Notes under the pieces: generated by a model
Told to the model about the DNA's origin: nothing
What the model saw: the letters and a program-made list of their open reading frames with translations, nothing else
Database searches by the model: none
Shown here: one piece after another, positions 38,166 through 40,927 of the stretch
Layout: every line of letters starts with the position of its first letter
Position numbering within the stretch: the stretch's first letter is position 1
DNA from: Phycisphaerales bacterium
GTDB lineage: Bacteria; Planctomycetota; Phycisphaerae; Phycisphaerales; SM1A02
Reading direction: 5' to 3'
NCBI GenBank assembly: GCA_049449095.1
Contig: JBMTTG010000001.1
Span: 1 to 40,927 of the forward strand
Length of the DNA stretch: 40,927 bases
Position numbers and translations under genes: made by a program

Positions 38166-39575
38166 ATGCCGATCCTGCTTCATTCGAGTCGTATGCCGGT
38201 GCCCGTCGAGGCGCTCGCCGCGTGGCACTTCCGTCCCGGCGCCCTCGCCCGCATGACGCCGCCTTGGACGCAGGTGCGGCACGCGCGAACCTTCGGCGGC
38301 GTCGCCAACGGCGCGATCGCGGAGTTCGAGGTGCGCATCGGCGGACTGTGGTGGCGCTGGAAGGCGGTACACGAGGAGGTCGATCCGCCGAGGGGATTCC
38401 GCGACCGTCAGGTCGAGGGGCCCTTCGCCTCCTGGGTGCACGACCATCGCTTCCTCCCCGAGGAAGGTGCGCACAGCCTGCTCGAGGATCGCATCGAGTA
38501 CGAGGTACGCGGCGGCGGGGCGGGGCGGCTCCTCGCGGGCGGCAAGGCGCATCGCGAACTCGTTCGCGCATTCCTCTTCCGGCACCGTCGATTGCGGAGC
38601 GACCTGCGCCGGCACGCCGAATGCGCCGGCGATCCGCTGCACGTGGCGATCACCGGCGCCAGCGGGCTTGTGGGATCGAACCTCCACGCCTTCCTCTCGA
38701 GCGGCGGCCATCAGGTGCGACGAATCGTCCGCGGGCGGCCCGATGCCGCCGAAGGCGACATCGCGTGGAATCCCGCCAAGGGCGAGGTCGACGCCAAGGC
38801 GCTCGAGGCCCTCGAGGCGGTGGTGCACCTCGCGGGCGAGAACATCGCCGCCGGGCGATGGACCAAGGCCCGCATGGAGTCGATCCGCGCAAGCCGCGTC
38901 GAAGGGACGCGTCTGCTCTGCGAGACGCTCGCGCGGCTCGAGCGGAAGCCCAAGGTGCTCGTCTCCGCGTCGGCCGTCGGCTTCTACGGCGACCGCCCGG
39001 ATCTCGACCTCGCGGCGCCGCTCGACGAATCCGGGCCGCGAGGCGAGGGATTCCTCGGCGAGGTCGCGGCGGCGTGGGAGGCCGCGACCCGACCGGCGGA
39101 GGAGGCGGGCATTCGCGTCGTGCATCTGCGCATCGGCGTCGTGGTCGCGGCCCAAGGTGGTGTCGTCGCGAAGTTGCTGACGCCGTTCTCCCTCGGGCTC
39201 GGCGGCCCGGTCGGGAGCGGCCGTCAGGCGATGCCCTGGATCGCGCTCGACGACCTGCTCGGCGCGATCCTCTGGTCGATCCGGCGTGAGGACCTTCGCG
39301 GCGCGGTCAATGCGACGAGCCCGCAACAGCGAAGCAACCGTGCGTTCGGAGCGGATCTCGCGTCGGTGCTGCGGCGGCCGGCCTTCATGCCGCTGCCGAG
39401 CCTCGCGGTGAAGGCGATCTTCGGACGCATGGGCACGGAACTCCTGCTCGCGGGGGCACCTGTCGCGCCGCGGCGGCTGCTCGAGTCCGGCTTCCGATTC
39501 GAGTTCCCCACGCTTGCGGAGGCGCTTCGCTTCGAACTCGGGCGAGGGGCTGCGAACGAGGCGATCTCCCGATGA
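38166..39575 (+). CDS. SRPBCC (START/cyclase-like) domain fused to a YfcH-type (TIGR01777, DUF1731) NAD-dependent epimerase-like domain
   Basis: ORF 38166..39575(+), 469 aa. The N-terminal ~150 aa are SRPBCC-like (F.D.Q..GPF..W.H.H.F). They are followed by a Rossmann motif VAITGASGLVGS, AVVHLAGENIAAGRWT, SASAVGFYG, and a DUF1731-like C-terminus SGFRFEFP. Confidence 0.87.
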   Translation: MPILLHSSRMPVPVEALAAWHFRPGALARMTPPWTQVRHARTFGGVANGAIAEFEVRIGGLWWRWKAVHEEVDPPRGFRDRQVEGPFASWVHDHRFLPEEGAHSLLEDRIEYEVRGGGAGRLLAGGKAHRELVRAFLFRHRRLRSDLRRHAECAGDPLHVAITGASGLVGSNLHAFLSSGGHQVRRIVRGRPDAAEGDIAWNPAKGEVDAKALEALEAVVHLAGENIAAGRWTKARMESIRASRVEGTRLLCETLARLERKPKVLVSASAVGFYGDRPDLDLAAPLDESGPRGEGFLGEVAAAWEAATRPAEEAGIRVVHLRIGVVVAAQGGVVAKLLTPFSLGLGGPVGSGRQAMPWIALDDLLGAILWSIRREDLRGAVNATSPQQRSNRAFGADLASVLRRPAFMPLPSLAVKAIFGRMGTELLLAGAPVAPRRLLESGFRFEFPTLAEALRFELGRGAANEAISR

Positions 39576-40927
39576 ACACGATCCTCTGGTTCCGGCAGGA
39601 CCTCCGGCTCGACGATCACGACGCGGTGCTCGCGGCAGCGGCGCGAGGCGAGGTGACGCCGGTCTTCATCTGGGATCCCGACGGCGAAGGGCGATGGGCT
39701 CCCGGTGGCGCGAGCCGATGGTGGCTCGATCGCTCGTTGCGTTCGCTGGCCGCCTCGCTCGAGGCGATCGGAAGCCGACTCGTGGTGCGACGCGGAGACT
39801 CGGCGTCGGCGCTCGCGAGCCTTGCGAAGGAGCTTGGCAGCGATCGGGTCATCGCGAGCCGTCGCTTCGAGCCGGCCGCGATCGAGACCGAACGCGCGGT
39901 CGCGTCGGCGCTCTCGTCGATCGGCGCCTCGCTCGACCTGCATCTGACCTCGCTGCTCTTTGCGCCGGAGTCGATCCGCAGCGGCTCGGGCGAGCCGTAC
40001 CGGGTCTTCACGCCGTACTGGCGAGCGTGCCTGAAGGCGAGCGGCGAGATCGCGAAGCCTCGCGAGGCGCCGAAGCGACTCCCGCTGCCGAAGCGCCCGC
40101 CGCGCGGCGAGTCGATCGACGCGCTCGGCCTCGCACCGACGATTCCATGGGATGCCGGGCTCGCCGAGATGTGGACGCCCGGAGAAGCCGGCGCCAAGGC
40201 TCGGTTCGCGGCGTTCTGCCGCAGTGCGATCGAGGGCTACGGCGAGGGCCGCGATCGTCCGGAGATCGTGGGCACCTCCTTGCTCAGCCCGCATCTGCAT
40301 TTCGGCGAGATCTCGCCGCGGCGGATCTGGCATCGGATCGCCGCGCAGGAGCAGCGCTCCATCGATGCCGACAAGTTCCTCGCCGAGATCGGTTGGCGCG
40401 AGTTTGCCCACCACGTGCTCGTGGCCTTCCCGCGCACGCCGGAGCGGCCGCTGCGTCCCGAGTTCGAGCGGTTTCCGTGGCGTCGCGATGCGGCGTCGCT
40501 GCGGGCTTGGCAGCGCGGCGAGACCGGCTATCCGATGGTCGACGCGGGCATGCGGCAACTCTGGCACACCGGATGGATGCACAACCGCGTGCGGATGATC
40601 GTGGCGAGCTTCCTCGTGAAGCACCTGCTGCTTCCGTGGAACGCCGGCGCGGCGTGGTTCTGGGACACCCTCGTCGACGCGGACCTCGCGAGCAACACCC
40701 TCGGATGGCAGTGGTCGGGCGGGTGCGGCGCCGATGCGGCGCCCTACTTCCGGATCTTCAATCCGACGAGTCAGGGCCTGAAGTTCGATCCCGAGGGCAC
40801 CTATGTCGGCCGCTGGGTGCCGGAATTGGCGGGACTGCCCGCCGCTGAGATTCACGAGCCGGCCGCCGCCGATCTGCGGGTGCTGGAGCGGGCCCCCGGC
40901 TTCCACGACGCGCGCCTCGACCTGTCA
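39572..40927 (+). CDS. phr: Deoxyribodipyrimidine (CPD) photolyase, class I type. Partial: the C-terminus lies beyond the window end.
   Basis: My own translation from the ATG at 39572 (ATGA overlap with the upstream stop) stays open to the window end. Motifs: ILWFRQDLRLDDH, SLLSPHLHFGEIS, GWREFAHH, TGYPMVDAGMRQLWHTGWMHNRVRMIVASFL, LGWQWSGGCGADAAPYFRIFNP. Confidence 0.92.
   Translation, partial: MNTILWFRQDLRLDDHDAVLAAAARGEVTPVFIWDPDGEGRWAPGGASRWWLDRSLRSLAASLEAIGSRLVVRRGDSASALASLAKELGSDRVIASRRFEPAAIETERAVASALSSIGASLDLHLTSLLFAPESIRSGSGEPYRVFTPYWRACLKASGEIAKPREAPKRLPLPKRPPRGESIDALGLAPTIPWDAGLAEMWTPGEAGAKARFAAFCRSAIEGYGEGRDRPEIVGTSLLSPHLHFGEISPRRIWHRIAAQEQRSIDADKFLAEIGWREFAHHVLVAFPRTPERPLRPEFERFPWRRDAASLRAWQRGETGYPMVDAGMRQLWHTGWMHNRVRMIVASFLVKHLLLPWNAGAAWFWDTLVDADLASNTLGWQWSGGCGADAAPYFRIFNPTSQGLKFDPEGTYVGRWVPELAGLPAAEIHEPAAADLRVLERAPGFHDARLDLS

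Noticed and set aside
36341-38167. Upstream 609 codons of ORF 35228..38167(-), and ORF 39224..40906(-)
   Set aside because: They lie antisense to the two photolyase genes and the YfcH fusion. No motifs are present. The real MauE-Trx gene starts at the GTG at 36340, where hydrophobic helices begin and a GGAG lies upstream.

Overview
High-GC (roughly 70%) bacterial chromosomal window, tightly packed with about 36 protein genes and one tRNA. It looks like core and housekeeping genome, not a mobile or defence island. All family calls below come from reading motifs in the translations; no database search was possible.

Gene content from left to right:
- clpX (3' end runs off the window), a small membrane protein, and tig.
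- Type III glutamine synthetase, corA, a DUF1772-like membrane protein, and a YfcE-type metallophosphoesterase.
- tRNA-Arg(ACG), then a stand-alone nuoJKLMN block on the minus strand.
- pgsA-pgpA.
- A receiver-like protein plus two polytopic membrane proteins.
- A translationally coupled run: YyaL/DUF255 thioredoxin-domain protein, short asparaginase, AbgT transporter. A POT peptide transporter follows after a 52-nt gap.
- NUDIX hydrolase and an RluA-type pseudouridine synthase.
- A lipoprotein and an amidohydrolase-fold protein.
- ubiE/menG, ECF sigma factor, putative anti-sigma factor, and a 580-aa unknown protein.
- A small coiled-coil membrane protein and tilS.
- Two tandem MauE/DoxX-thioredoxin-fold fusion paralogs.
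- A photolyase operon: FeS-BCP/(6-4)-type photolyase, SRPBCC-YfcH fusion, and class I CPD photolyase (runs off the right end).

No CRISPR array, transposase, integrase, toxin-antitoxin pair or recognisable defence system was seen. Stop codons are rare at this GC content, so the ORF track holds many long spurious antisense or off-frame ORFs rich in R/A/G/P. Frames were chosen by motif content and amino-acid composition.

Most interesting observations:
1. The tandem pair of membrane MauE-like / double-CxxC thioredoxin-fold fusion proteins.
2. A POT transporter with a ~200-aa insertion carrying a GspG (pseudopilin)-like motif.
3. An ECF sigma module translationally coupled to ubiE.
4. An amidohydrolase-fold protein in which every metal-ligand position appears substituted.
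5. A diverged tandem non-coding repeat at 7.5-7.8 kb.
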